Assembly: GCA_963722455.1 (NCBI GenBank) | Contig: CAVRMD010000015.1 | Coordinates: 24,745 to 88,744 of the forward strand | DNA: 64,000 bases | From: an uncultured Solirubrobacteraceae bacterium | GTDB taxonomy: Bacteria > Actinomycetota > Thermoleophilia > Solirubrobacterales > Solirubrobacteraceae | Direction of reading: 5' to 3' | Shown here: positions 1 to 9,723 of the stretch, piece after piece | Layout: every line of letters begins with the position of its first letter | Numbering within the stretch: position 1 is the stretch's first letter | Made by a program: the position numbers and the translations under genes | Notes under the pieces: generated by a model | What the model saw: the letters and a program-made list of their open reading frames with translations, nothing else | Told to the model about the DNA's origin: nothing | The model's database searches: none

Positions 1-1384
1 CGAGCACGTCGTCGTCGTCGACGGCAGGGCGCCGGAGGGATGCCTCGAGCTCGCCGAGGTCGAGGGCGCCAACCCGTCCTTCGACGCCGAGGCGCACTGG
101 CGCGCCGTGGCGCCCGACGACGTGCTCGCGCTCGTCTACACGGCGGGCACCACCGGCCCGCCGAAGGGCGTGCAGCTCTCGCACCGCAGCATGATGGCCG
201 CCGTGCGCAGCGCCCACGAGGTCATCGGCCTGCCGGATCAGGCGCGGCTCATCTCCTGGCTGCCCTCGGCGCACATCGCCGAGCGCGTCGCCCACCACTA
301 CATCCCGGTCGTGCTCGGCTTCTGCATCACGCCCTGCCCCGATCCGCGCAACGTGATCGCCTACCTGCCCGACGTCCGGCCGAGCTGGTTCTTCGCCGTG
401 CCGCGGGTCTGGGAGCAGCTGAAGTCCAGCCTCGAGGCGATGATCGCCGAGGAGCCCGAGGCGCACCGCGAGCGGGTCCTCGTCGGGATCGAGGCCGCGA
501 CGAAGAAGGTGCGCCTCGAGCAGGCCGGCGAGGAGGTCCCGGGCGACCTCGCGCTCGCCGCGGCCAAGGCCGACGAGACGTACTTCTCGGTGCTGCGCGC
601 GCGGCTCGGGCTCGACGCCACGACCGCCGTCTACGCCGGCGCGGCGCCGACGCCGCGCGCGGTGATCGAGTTCTTCCACGCGATCGGGATCGAGCTCGCG
701 GAGCTGTGGGGCATGGCCGAGACGTGCGGCTGCGGGACGGTCAACCCGCCGCGCCGCATCAGGATCGGCACGGTCGGCCCGCCGGCGCCGGGGGTCGAGC
801 TTCGGCTCGCCCCCGACGGCGAGCTGCTCGTGCGCTCGGAGGTCGTCATGCTCGGCTACCGCGGCGACCCGACCGCGACCGCGGCCGCGATCGACGCCGA
901 CGGGTGGCTGCACAGCGGCGACGTCGCCGAGATCGACGTCGACGGGTACGTGACGATCATCGATCGCAAGAAGGAGATCATCATCAGCGCGGCCGGCAAG
1001 AACATGTCGCCGGCGAGGATCGAGTCGGTGCTCAAGGCCGCCTCGCCGCTCATCGGCCACGCGGTCGTGATCGGCGACCGCCGGCCCTACAACACCGCGC
1101 TCATCGTGCTCGATCCCGGCTTCGCGCCGCTGTGGGCGTCGCGCAACGGACTGCCCGACCGCGACCTCGCGCGGCTGGCGACCGAGGAGCGCGTGCGCGC
1201 CGTCATCCAGGAGGCGGTCGACGCGGCGAACGCCAAGCTCGCGCGCGTCGAGCAGGTCCGCGGCTTTGCGATCGTGCGCGGCGACTGGGCGCCCGGAGGA
1301 GACGAGCTGACGCCGTCGCTGAAGCCCAAGCGCGAGCCGATCGCCGCGAAGTACGACGACGAGATCGCCGCGCTGTACGGCTGA
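1..1384 (+). CDS. AMP-dependent acyl-CoA synthetase/ligase (FadD-like), 5' end outside the window
   Basis: The reading frame is open to the window edge. It carries the AMP-binding motif YTAGTTGPPKGVQLSH, then GWLHSGDVAEIDVDGYVTIIDRKKEIII and the C-terminal TPSLKPKR. Confidence 0.85.
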   Translation, partial: EHVVVVDGRAPEGCLELAEVEGANPSFDAEAHWRAVAPDDVLALVYTAGTTGPPKGVQLSHRSMMAAVRSAHEVIGLPDQARLISWLPSAHIAERVAHHYIPVVLGFCITPCPDPRNVIAYLPDVRPSWFFAVPRVWEQLKSSLEAMIAEEPEAHRERVLVGIEAATKKVRLEQAGEEVPGDLALAAAKADETYFSVLRARLGLDATTAVYAGAAPTPRAVIEFFHAIGIELAELWGMAETCGCGTVNPPRRIRIGTVGPPAPGVELRLAPDGELLVRSEVVMLGYRGDPTATAAAIDADGWLHSGDVAEIDVDGYVTIIDRKKEIIISAAGKNMSPARIESVLKAASPLIGHAVVIGDRRPYNTALIVLDPGFAPLWASRNGLPDRDLARLATEERVRAVIQEAVDAANAKLARVEQVRGFAIVRGDWAPGGDELTPSLKPKREPIAAKYDDEIAALYG

Positions 1385-1411
1385 CGCCGCGCCGGCGGCG
1401 CGACTCGGCGT

Positions 1412-1945
1412 TCAAGCGGCCGGCAGGTCGTCGCGCACGAGGTCGACGACGGGCAGATCGGCGCCGGGATCGATCGTGTCGGCGATCCCCCGGGCGGCGA
1501 ATCCGGCGCGCACGGCATCGATGTAGCCGCGCTGCACGACGGCCGTCGCGTCCCGCAGACCGGCGCGCAGCCGCGCACGCCCGGCGCTCGTCCCGGCGTA
1601 GGTCCAGACGGTGCCCGGCGCCGCGCGGACATGCTCGGTCACGTCGATGCGGGCATAGTTGCGCTCGCGGTCGTCGAGGTCGCGCAGCGCGGCGCCGTCG
1701 ACCGCGAGCAGCACCCCGTCGGTCGACGCACCCGCCTCGGGGACGATGTCCAGAAACGCCACGTAGACGGCCGGCCGGCCCCCGTCCTCGCCCCGCCGGT
1801 AGCACTTGTAGCCGGCGATCTTCACGCGGTTGTCCATCGCCACGCCCCAGACGCGCCGATGGCCCTGCAGGCGGGCGGGGCGACCGCCGTCGAACGCCGC
1901 CAGCGACCCGTAGCCGAACACGAACTGTTCACCGCGGGGGCTCAT
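1412..1945 (-). CDS. gamma-glutamylcyclotransferase (AIG2/GGCT)-like protein
   Basis: FGYGSL near the N-terminus and the overall size and pattern are typical of the GGCT-like fold. The start is taken at the internal ATG (MSPRGEQFVFGYGSL). Confidence 0.5.
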   Translation of the reverse strand: MSPRGEQFVFGYGSLAAFDGGRPARLQGHRRVWGVAMDNRVKIAGYKCYRRGEDGGRPAVYVAFLDIVPEAGASTDGVLLAVDGAALRDLDDRERNYARIDVTEHVRAAPGTVWTYAGTSAGRARLRAGLRDATAVVQRGYIDAVRAGFAARGIADTIDPGADLPVVDLVRDDLPAA

Positions 1946-2005
1946 CGGCTGACCATCATCGCGCCGGATGATCGGGCGCGGGCGAGCGCTTCGTAGAATC
2001 ACCAC

Positions 2006-3262
2006 ATGGCTTCAGCACGACAGATCATGGTCGGCAGCGTTCCCGTCGGCGGCGGCGCCCCCGTCGCCGTGCAGACGATGACGAAGACCGAGACCGCCAA
2101 CCTGCGCGCGACGATGGACCAGATCCACAAGGTCGCCGAGGCCGGCGCGGACATCGTGCGCGTCGCGGTGCCCCGCGACCAGGACGTCGAGGCGCTGCGG
2201 ACGATCGTCGTGCAGTCGCCGATCCCGATCATCGCGGACATCCACTTCAACCACACGCTCGCGCTCAAGGCGATCGACGCGGGCGCGCACTGCATCCGGC
2301 TGAACCCCGGGAACATCGGCGGCCCGGACAAGGTCGCCGAGGTCGTCCAGCGCGCCCGTGCCGCCGGCACCCCGATGCGCATCGGGGTCAACTCCGGCTC
2401 GCTGCCCAGGCACCTGCACGAGCTCGAGCGCTCCGATCCCGTCGCGGCGCTCACGACGGCCGCGACCGAGTTCGTCGAGCTCATGCACCGCCTGGACTTC
2501 TACGACTTCAAGGTCTCGATCAAGTCCACCAACGTCCCGAACACGATCGCCTCCAACCGCCTGCTCAGCTCGAAGATCGACCATCCCCTGCATCTCGGCA
2601 TCACCGAGGCCGGGACGAAGTGGTCGGGCAGCCTGAAGTCCGCGGTCGGCCTCGGCACGCTGCTCGCCGACGGGATCGGCGACACGATCCGCATCAGCCT
2701 CTCGACGTTTCACGCCGAGGAGGAGGTCAAGGTCGCCTGGGAGATCCTCAAGGCGCTGCAGCTGCGCGAGCGCGGGCCGGTCCTCATCGCCTGCCCGACC
2801 TGCGGGCGCCTGCAGTTCGACATGGACACGGTGGTCACCGAGATCGAGCGCCGCCTGGAGGCCTACGCCGACCCGATCGAGGTCGCCGTGCTGGGCTGCG
2901 CGGTCAACGGCATCGGCGAGGCGTCGCACGCCGACTTCGGCATCACGGGCGCCAAGGACGAGGGGCTCATCTTCAGCCGCGGCAAGCCGCTGCGCAAGGT
3001 GCCCACCGCGCAGCTCGTCGACGTGCTCTTCGAGGAGATCGACAAGTTCGCCACGACGAAGAAGGTGGTCGTCGACGAGCGCGCGGCCGCCGAGGGCGCG
3101 GCGTGGCTGAAGGACAACGAGGACGCGACGGCGATGACCCCGGAGCGCCTCGCAGCGCTCGAGAAGGCGCAGTCGGCGGCGCACGACGGGGGCGACGACG
3201 TCCTCGCCGCGCTCGACGAGGACGTCTCGCCCGTCGCCGGGCGCCGCTTCACCCGCGCCTGA
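2006..3262 (+). CDS. ispG: 4-hydroxy-3-methylbut-2-en-1-yl diphosphate synthase
   Basis: Full-length IspG/GcpE pattern: VQTMTKT, IVRVAVP, IPIIADIHF, IRLNPGNIG, CPTCGR and GCAVNGIGE. Confidence 0.95.
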   Translation: MASARQIMVGSVPVGGGAPVAVQTMTKTETANLRATMDQIHKVAEAGADIVRVAVPRDQDVEALRTIVVQSPIPIIADIHFNHTLALKAIDAGAHCIRLNPGNIGGPDKVAEVVQRARAAGTPMRIGVNSGSLPRHLHELERSDPVAALTTAATEFVELMHRLDFYDFKVSIKSTNVPNTIASNRLLSSKIDHPLHLGITEAGTKWSGSLKSAVGLGTLLADGIGDTIRISLSTFHAEEEVKVAWEILKALQLRERGPVLIACPTCGRLQFDMDTVVTEIERRLEAYADPIEVAVLGCAVNGIGEASHADFGITGAKDEGLIFSRGKPLRKVPTAQLVDVLFEEIDKFATTKKVVVDERAAAEGAAWLKDNEDATAMTPERLAALEKAQSAAHDGGDDVLAALDEDVSPVAGRRFTRA

Positions 3263-3289
3263 GCGTCAGGGGCCCTCCGCGCCGGCGGT

Positions 3290-3610
3290 GACGACGTTCG
3301 CCCTGCCGCCCGGGCTCACCCACGATGCGCCACTCGCTGCGTCCCGCGGCCGGTGCGACGCGGTCGACCTCGAAGTAGCCGCGCGCGGCGGCGGTTGCGA
3401 CGGGCGGGCCGATCGTCCGCCACGGCGTCGTTGCGTCCTTCGCCGGGTCGGCCGCGGTGAGCGGCGACTGGCTCTTCGTGTACGGATGGTGGGCGAAGCC
3501 CGTCGCGCGCAGCGCCCGCGGCGCTTGAAGTCGCCGCAGTCGCGGCGGCTGGCGCTGCGACCACGCAGCGCCGTCGCCGACGCGTGTGGCCGCCCGAGGG
3601 CGGCCACAGC
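3290..3610 (-). pseudogene. Decayed fragment of a paralog of the adjacent GH-A hydrolase-like gene
   Basis: The reverse strand reads RDCGDFKRRG in one frame, then LRATGFAHHPYTK...WRTIGPPV...GYFEVDRVAPAAGRSEWRIV in another. This parallels RRCTDFDRKGPLRANGFAHHPYTK...WTTIGESI...GYFTATRVAPSATPAEWRGV of CDS 3633-5276. About 170 codons are missing and there is at least one frameshift. Confidence 0.55.
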
Positions 3611-3632
3611 GGTCAGGCGATGCGGTGCTCGA

Positions 3633-5276
3633 TCAGGTGCCGTCCGAGCCGGGGCTCGTCACGGCGCTGCCGTCGGGCGCCACGTAGACGCCGCGCCACT
3701 CGGCCGGCGTCGCGGACGGTGCGACGCGGGTCGCGGTGAAGTAGCCCATCGTGTCGACCTCGATCGACTCGCCGATCGTCGTCCAGCCGGCGGAGTTGTC
3801 CTTCGGCCTCCACTGCACCCAGGCGGTGTCGGGCCGTCCGTTGGGGCGGAAGCGCAGCTGCCCCCAGAGCGAGACCTTCGGCAGGGCGCCCTCGATGCCG
3901 CTGGGGATCGTGAGGAACGGAAACGAGTAGGAGTACGCCGCCGGCTTGGGCTGCCCGCGCTGGAAGAACAGGCCCGACTGGTAGGTGAACCAGTAGTTCT
4001 TCGAGTTGCGCTTGTGGCGGCGGTTGGGCGCCACGTCGGCGAGCAGGAACTGCGCCTGCGACGCGATCCTCGGGTTGGCCCACGCGAGGTACTCGCCGAG
4101 CACGTTGAACTTCGACTGCGTCGGCAGCGACACGCCGGAGTACTTGTCGGGCGGGTTGGTCTCATAGCCGAACTCGGTCATGAAGAGCGGCAGCCCGGAC
4201 GGCACGTTGCCGGTCTTCGTCGACAGCTCGTCGAGCATCGTCCCGAGCTCGCCGATGTTCGCCATCGTCACAGCGTCGGGGTTGCTGTTTCGCTCGAGCG
4301 GGCCCAGGTTCTTCGTGTACGGGTGGTGGGCGAAGCCGTTGGCCCGCAGCGGGCCCTTGCGGTCGAAGTCCGTGCACCTGCGCGCCTTGGCGGAGTTGCC
4401 GGTGTAGAGCCTGCCGCGCGAGCTCACGCACAGCGTCTCGCGCAGGAACTGCTTGGGGGCCATCGCCGAGGACTCGGACTTGCGCGAGCTGCCCAGCGGG
4501 GCGGTCTCGCCGAGCAGGATGATGTCGTTGTCGACACGGTGGCCGCTTGCGACGAGGCCCTGATAGCCGTACAGCGCGAGCTTGCGGAAGTAGGCCGGGG
4601 ACGCGGGGAAGAGCCGGCCCTTGCGCCGCTCCCACTGGGGGGTCAGCCAGCCGCCCTGGTTGGGCTCGTTCCACAGCGACCACATCGAGACGCGCGGCAG
4701 GATCTCGCGGCCGTGGTTCTCGTCGCGGTACGTGCCGCTGTAGCGCTTGCCGACGGCCGTGACGAACTTCTTGAACTCGGTGATCCGCGGCTTCCAGGTA
4801 CGGCGCAGCCGGCGCAGCTTCTTCGGCGGCTTGCCGTGCGCCCAGGCCGGGCCGGGGCCGGTGACGTTGAAGTAGACGCGGATGCCGTTCTTGGCCGCCT
4901 GGCGCACGAGGTTGTCGTAGCGATCCCAGTTCTGGGTCGGGTACGTCCTCGGGTTGGCCGACTTGAAGCGCCTGTTCTGCTTGCGCGCGGCGTCGCGGAA
5001 GCGCTGGTTCTTCTTGCCCCGGAGCTTGGCGATGTCGGACTTCGTGAAGCGCGCGAACTCGGCGACGGTCTTCCACAGCACCGTGACGCGGACGGTGTCG
5101 ACCCCGAGCGACTTCATCTGGACGATCGACCGTGCCGCCGTGCTGTCGTCGCGGTAGACGAGCAGGTCGTCGTCCATCATGATCGACATCTGCGCCGGGC
5201 TGGCCTGCGCGGCGGCGGGACAGATCACGGCGCCGAGGACAAGCGCGAGGACGAGCGAGCGGATGCTGGGCGACAT
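3633..5276 (-). CDS. Secreted clan GH-A (TIM-barrel, GH5-like) glycoside hydrolase family protein
   Basis: Signal peptide MSPSIRSLVLALVLGAVICPAAAQA. WSLWNEPN is an acid/base-type NEP motif and MTEFGYE is a nucleophile-type motif. The start is chosen at the ATG preceding the signal peptide. Confidence 0.7.
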   Translation of the reverse strand: MSPSIRSLVLALVLGAVICPAAAQASPAQMSIMMDDDLLVYRDDSTAARSIVQMKSLGVDTVRVTVLWKTVAEFARFTKSDIAKLRGKKNQRFRDAARKQNRRFKSANPRTYPTQNWDRYDNLVRQAAKNGIRVYFNVTGPGPAWAHGKPPKKLRRLRRTWKPRITEFKKFVTAVGKRYSGTYRDENHGREILPRVSMWSLWNEPNQGGWLTPQWERRKGRLFPASPAYFRKLALYGYQGLVASGHRVDNDIILLGETAPLGSSRKSESSAMAPKQFLRETLCVSSRGRLYTGNSAKARRCTDFDRKGPLRANGFAHHPYTKNLGPLERNSNPDAVTMANIGELGTMLDELSTKTGNVPSGLPLFMTEFGYETNPPDKYSGVSLPTQSKFNVLGEYLAWANPRIASQAQFLLADVAPNRRHKRNSKNYWFTYQSGLFFQRGQPKPAAYSYSFPFLTIPSGIEGALPKVSLWGQLRFRPNGRPDTAWVQWRPKDNSAGWTTIGESIEVDTMGYFTATRVAPSATPAEWRGVYVAPDGSAVTSPGSDGT

Positions 5277-5382
5277 TGGGCTCCTGCCGAGACGGGGGTG
5301 TGCAAACGCGCGAGCGGGACGGCACATGCCGTCCCGCCTACAACACCCCAAGTGTTGCGGAAGTAGCGCGCGCCTGAGCCGG

Positions 5383-5991
<609 letters not shown>

Positions 5992-6057
5992 GAAGCGTGT
6001 CTCCTCTGTTCGGCGGACTCGTCTCGGACTCTACCCGCGTAGGCTTGCGCGTACCGG

Positions 6058-7755
6058 ATGGTCGCCCGCCTCTCTCACCTGCTGCTGCCGACCGAGCGCG
6101 AGCCACCTGCCGACGCCGAGGCGATCTCGCACAAGCTCATGGTTCGGGCGGGGCTCGTGCGCCAGGTCGGGGCCGGGCTGTGGTCGTGGCTGCCGGCGGG
6201 CTGGCGGGTGCACCAGAAGGTCGTGCAGATCATCCGCGAGGAGCTCGACGAGATCGGCGCCCAGGAGATGCTCATGCCCGTCCTGCAGCCGGCCGAGCTG
6301 TGGCGGCGCAGCGGGCGCTACGAGATCGACGAGCTGCTCAAGCTCAAGGACCGCAAGGGCGCCGACATGGTGCTCGCGATGACCCACGAGGAATGCGTGA
6401 CGACGCACGTCGCGCAGGTCGTGCGCTCCTACCGCGACCTGCCGATGATCCTCTACCACTTCCAGATCAAGGAGCGCGACGAGCCGCGCCCGCGCGCCGG
6501 CGTCCTGCGCACGCGCGAGTTCATCATGAAGGACTCCTACAGCTTCGATCGCGACCAGGCCGGCCTGCAGGCCAGCTACGCCAAGCACGTCGGGGCCTAC
6601 GACCGGATCTTCGAGCGCACCGGCCTGGAGTGGTACAGCGTCGAGTCCGACGTCGGCATGATGGGCGGCTCGGGCGCGCACGAGTACATGGCGCCGTGCG
6701 GGGCGGGGGAGAACGACGTCGTGCTCGCACCCGGCTACGCCGCCAACGTCGAGGTCGCCAGCGCCGACGCCAAGCCCGTCGCGCGGCCGGCACCGCTGGC
6801 CGCCCCCGAGCCCGTGCACACGCCGGGCGCCACCACGATCGATGCCGTCGCGGCGCTGCTGCAGCTGCCCGCCGGCGCGCTGCTGAAGGCGTTCCCCGTC
6901 GTCGTGCAGGACGAGCGCGGCCTCGTGCTCGTCGTCGTGCGCGGCGATCACCGCGTCAACGAGATCAAGCTGACGAACGCGCTCGGCGCCGGCTGGCGCG
7001 CGGCGACCGACGACGAGGTCGCCGAGCGAATCGGGCCGGCGGGGTTCATCGGACCGGTCGGCGCCGCGCCGGCGGTCCTGCTCGACGAGGGCGTCGACGA
7101 GGCCGGCGGCTACGTCGCCGGGGCCAACGAGGCCGATCACCACCTGCGCGGCGTGCAGCCGGGCCGCGACTTCGGCTTCGATCGCGTCGACGTGCGGGTC
7201 GTCGAGCCCGGCGACACGGTCGGCGGGCATCCGGTCCGCGTCGAGCCGGCGATCGAGGTCGGCAACATCTTCCAGCTGGGGACCCGCTACTCCGAGGCGC
7301 TCGGCGCGACCTTTCTCGACGAGGACGGCGCGCAGCACGCGGTCGTCATGGGCTCCTACGGCATCGGCCCGGCGCGGATCGTCGCCGCGGCCGTCGAGCA
7401 GTGCTCCGACGAGAAGGGCATCGCCTGGCCGCGCGCGCTCGCGCCGTGGGACGTCGCGGTCGTCGCGCTCGGCAAGCCCGGCAGCGAGGAGCTCGCCGCC
7501 GCCGAGGCGCTCGCCGCGGCGCTGTCGGAGGCCGGCCTGGACGTCGTGCTCGACGACCGCGACCTCGGGCCGGGCTCGAAGTTCGCCGACGCCGAGCTGC
7601 TGGGCTGCCCGCTGCGGCTCACCGTCGGCCGGCGCTCGCTGAAGGACGGTCGCGCCGAGGCACAGCGCCGCCGCGGCCTGCAGGACGTCGAGGGCGGCGT
7701 CGCGCTCGAGACGGCGGCCGACACCGTGCCGGAGCTATGGCGGACGCTCCCGTAG
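6058..7755 (+). CDS. proS: Proline--tRNA ligase
   Basis: Class II ProRS pattern: AISHKLMVRAGLVRQ, RFRDEPRPRAGVLRTREFIMKD-like block, an insertion domain, and a C-terminal anticodon-binding region. Confidence 0.95.
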   Translation: MVARLSHLLLPTEREPPADAEAISHKLMVRAGLVRQVGAGLWSWLPAGWRVHQKVVQIIREELDEIGAQEMLMPVLQPAELWRRSGRYEIDELLKLKDRKGADMVLAMTHEECVTTHVAQVVRSYRDLPMILYHFQIKERDEPRPRAGVLRTREFIMKDSYSFDRDQAGLQASYAKHVGAYDRIFERTGLEWYSVESDVGMMGGSGAHEYMAPCGAGENDVVLAPGYAANVEVASADAKPVARPAPLAAPEPVHTPGATTIDAVAALLQLPAGALLKAFPVVVQDERGLVLVVVRGDHRVNEIKLTNALGAGWRAATDDEVAERIGPAGFIGPVGAAPAVLLDEGVDEAGGYVAGANEADHHLRGVQPGRDFGFDRVDVRVVEPGDTVGGHPVRVEPAIEVGNIFQLGTRYSEALGATFLDEDGAQHAVVMGSYGIGPARIVAAAVEQCSDEKGIAWPRALAPWDVAVVALGKPGSEELAAAEALAAALSEAGLDVVLDDRDLGPGSKFADAELLGCPLRLTVGRRSLKDGRAEAQRRRGLQDVEGGVALETAADTVPELWRTLP

Positions 7756-8399
7756 AGCAGGCCGCGCAGGCCGCCGAGAAGGTGCGCCTGACGTTCCGCC
7801 GGCTGGCGGGCCTGGATCGCTCCGGTCCGCCGCCGCCGCAGACGCTGCGTGACCAGCCGTGGCACGTGTGGACGATCCCCAACGCGATCGGCTTCGTGCG
7901 CCTGGCCCTCATCCCGGTCTTCCTCGTCCTGGCGCTGGGCTCGCAGAACGGCACGGACTGGCTGCCGGCGCTGCTGTTCGCCGTCATCTCCTGGAGTGAC
8001 TACTTCGACGGGATCGCGGCGCGGATCACCGGCCAGTACAGCCGCTTCGGGGCGCTGCTGGATCCGTTCGTGGATCGCCTGCTCGTCGTATCGGGGCTCG
8101 TCGTGTGCTGGTACTTCGAGCTGCTGCCGCGCTGGGCGATCGCCGTCCTCGTCGCGCGCGAGGTCCTGCTGCTCGTGTTCGGCCAGCTCGCGCTGCGCCG
8201 CGGCCTGCAGCTGACGATCAACTGGCCGGGCCGCCTGGCGGTGTGGCCGACGATGTCGGCGATCTTCTTCGCCCTCACCGGCCTGGCGACGCTGGCCGAG
8301 GTGCTGCTCTACATCGGCCTCGCGCTGGCGTACTACGCGGTCGTGCTCTACGTGCGCGACGCGCGGCGTCAGCTGCGCGGGCTAGGCGGCGCCGGCTGA
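7737..8399 (+). CDS. pgsA: CDP-alcohol phosphatidyltransferase (PgsA-like)
   Basis: Contains D-G-x2-A-R-x8-G-x3-D-x3-D (DYFDGIAARITGQYSRFGALLDPFVDR) and several TM helices. The ATG at 7737 overlaps the end of proS. Confidence 0.85.
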   Translation: MADAPVEQAAQAAEKVRLTFRRLAGLDRSGPPPPQTLRDQPWHVWTIPNAIGFVRLALIPVFLVLALGSQNGTDWLPALLFAVISWSDYFDGIAARITGQYSRFGALLDPFVDRLLVVSGLVVCWYFELLPRWAIAVLVAREVLLLVFGQLALRRGLQLTINWPGRLAVWPTMSAIFFALTGLATLAEVLLYIGLALAYYAVVLYVRDARRQLRGLGGAG

Positions 8400-9266
8400 G
8401 ACGGGCCGGACGGGCCGCGAGCGGCCGAGCTGGCGCTGTGCGGCCAGCCGTGTCGTGATCGCGCTCCAGCGCCCGAGCCGGTTGCGCAGCGTCGCCGACG
8501 ACGGCAGCTCCGGGCGACCGGCGGCGTGGCGCTCGTAGGCCAGGACGGTCGGGATCTCCCCGAGCTCGTCGACGACGCCGAGCAGCGCGGCCCAGCACGC
8601 CGCCTCCGTCCAGCGCCGCTTGCGGGCGCGGGACGGCGTGCTGAGCGGCTGCATCCCGGCCGCGCGCAGGGCGTGCGTCCAGCCGCCCATCCGGTTGAGC
8701 ACCGTGGGCAGGCTGGGGTAGTCCAGGTCGCGCGCCTGCGCCGCGTACTCCTTGGCGCTGGGCACCCGGCCGACCCGGGCGGCGACCGACGTCAGCGCCA
8801 CGATGATGTCGCGGTCGGAGTACGTCTGCACCCGGCGCGCGCCGGCCATCGTCGCCTTGCGCGCCGCGCGGTCGACGTCGGTGGCGAAGCGGTCGATCGT
8901 GCTGCGACAGGCGGCGGCCTGCAGCCCGAGCTTGCCGGCCGCGTTGCGCGGCTGCTCGCCGGCGCGCCACAGCGCGAGCAGCTCGTCCACGCGCTCCTCG
9001 GCCAGCGCCTCGGCGCGGCGCCGGCGGGCGTCGGCGATGTCCTGCGGGTCCGGGCCCCCGTGGGCGCGCAGGATCTGGCGCACGCGCTCGCGCGAGACCG
9101 CGAAGCGCAGCGCGATCTCGTCCAGGCTCCAGCCCTGCTCGCGCAGCGACTGCATCATGCGCACGCGCTGCAGCGAGCCGGGCGCGAGGTCGCAGCCGTC
9201 ACAGTCGGCAGGATCGAGCACCGTCAGCGGGGAGCGGGGGCTCGATGTGCGCAGTGACGGCGGCAT
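8382..9266 (-). CDS. DNA-binding protein: sigma-70 region-4-like HTH plus two homing-endonuclease-associated-type repeats
   Basis: HTH segment WSLDEIALRFAVSRERVRQIL. Two repeats of about 55 aa follow (PSAKEYAAQARDLDYPSLPTVLNRMGGW and PTVLAYERHAAGRPELPSSATLRNRLGRW). Confidence 0.6.
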   Translation of the reverse strand: MPPSLRTSSPRSPLTVLDPADCDGCDLAPGSLQRVRMMQSLREQGWSLDEIALRFAVSRERVRQILRAHGGPDPQDIADARRRRAEALAEERVDELLALWRAGEQPRNAAGKLGLQAAACRSTIDRFATDVDRAARKATMAGARRVQTYSDRDIIVALTSVAARVGRVPSAKEYAAQARDLDYPSLPTVLNRMGGWTHALRAAGMQPLSTPSRARKRRWTEAACWAALLGVVDELGEIPTVLAYERHAAGRPELPSSATLRNRLGRWSAITTRLAAQRQLGRSRPVRPVSAGAA

Positions 9267-9274
9267 GACCTCGG

Positions 9275-9290
9275 GTTAGGCTAGCCTAAC
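9275..9290. promoter_or_regulatory. Perfect 16-bp palindrome GTTAGGCTAGCCTAAC (candidate operator)
   Basis: Self-complementary over all 16 nt. It lies 9 nt upstream of the start codon of the HTH gene 8382-9266, in the divergent intergenic region. Confidence 0.4.
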
Positions 9291-9400
9291 GAAGGGTGCT
9301 CGGGCAAGGCCGGCGCGACACTAGCGCCTCCCGCGGACGAAGCCCGCGCTCTGTGAGCGATCACACGCGCACGGCGCCGTGCACGAGCCTCAAGCTCAGC

Positions 9401-9428
9401 TTGAAGGCAAGACCGGCGCTGGTATGCT
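9401..9428 (+). promoter_or_regulatory. Candidate sigma-70-type promoter (TTGAAG-16 nt-TATGCT)
   Basis: Hexamers are read directly from the sequence, about 50 nt upstream of the GGAGGAG-ATG of the RsiG-like gene. Confidence 0.3.
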
Positions 9429-9477
9429 CGCGGAACGCCGGTTGGCACCCCTGTTTTCACGGAGGAGACCTCTCTTG

Positions 9478-9723
9478 ATGGACACGTTTCCGGACCTCGG
9501 CTCCCTGTCGGATCAGGAGCTGAAGTCCCTGATCCAGCAGCTGACGGACGAGGAAGTGGAGGTGTCCTACCGGCGACGGATCCTGCACGGGAAGATCGAC
9601 ATCCTCCGGGCCGAGCTCGTCAACCGCCTGCGCAAGAAGCACGAGACCGGAGAGGACGTGATCTCCGGCGCCGACGTCCAGCGGCTGACGGACATCCTCG
9701 CCGGCCGTACCACGCAGGAGTAA
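9478..9723 (+). CDS. Small coiled-coil protein, RsiG-like (candidate c-di-GMP-binding anti-sigma factor, single motif)
   Basis: GGAGGAG lies 10 nt upstream of the ATG. The sequence EEVEVSYRRRILHGKIDILRAEL fits E-x3-S-x2-R-x3-(Q/H)-x3-D (E26, S30, R33, H37, D41). Confidence 0.5.
   Translation: MDTFPDLGSLSDQELKSLIQQLTDEEVEVSYRRRILHGKIDILRAELVNRLRKKHETGEDVISGADVQRLTDILAGRTTQE

Noticed and set aside
40-1971. Very long Arg/Ala/Pro/Gly-rich ORFs throughout the six-frame track. Examples are 40-1971, the 5997-7736 portion of 5997-8399, 13320-15242, 16785-18215, the 36590-38743 portion, 38582-39667, 39487-41709, the upstream two-thirds of 48420-52133, and 58975-60915.
   Set aside because: They overlap recognisable genes in other frames or on the other strand. 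They have the RRRAGP-type composition expected from off-frame translation of ~70% GC DNA, and they contain no recognisable domains.
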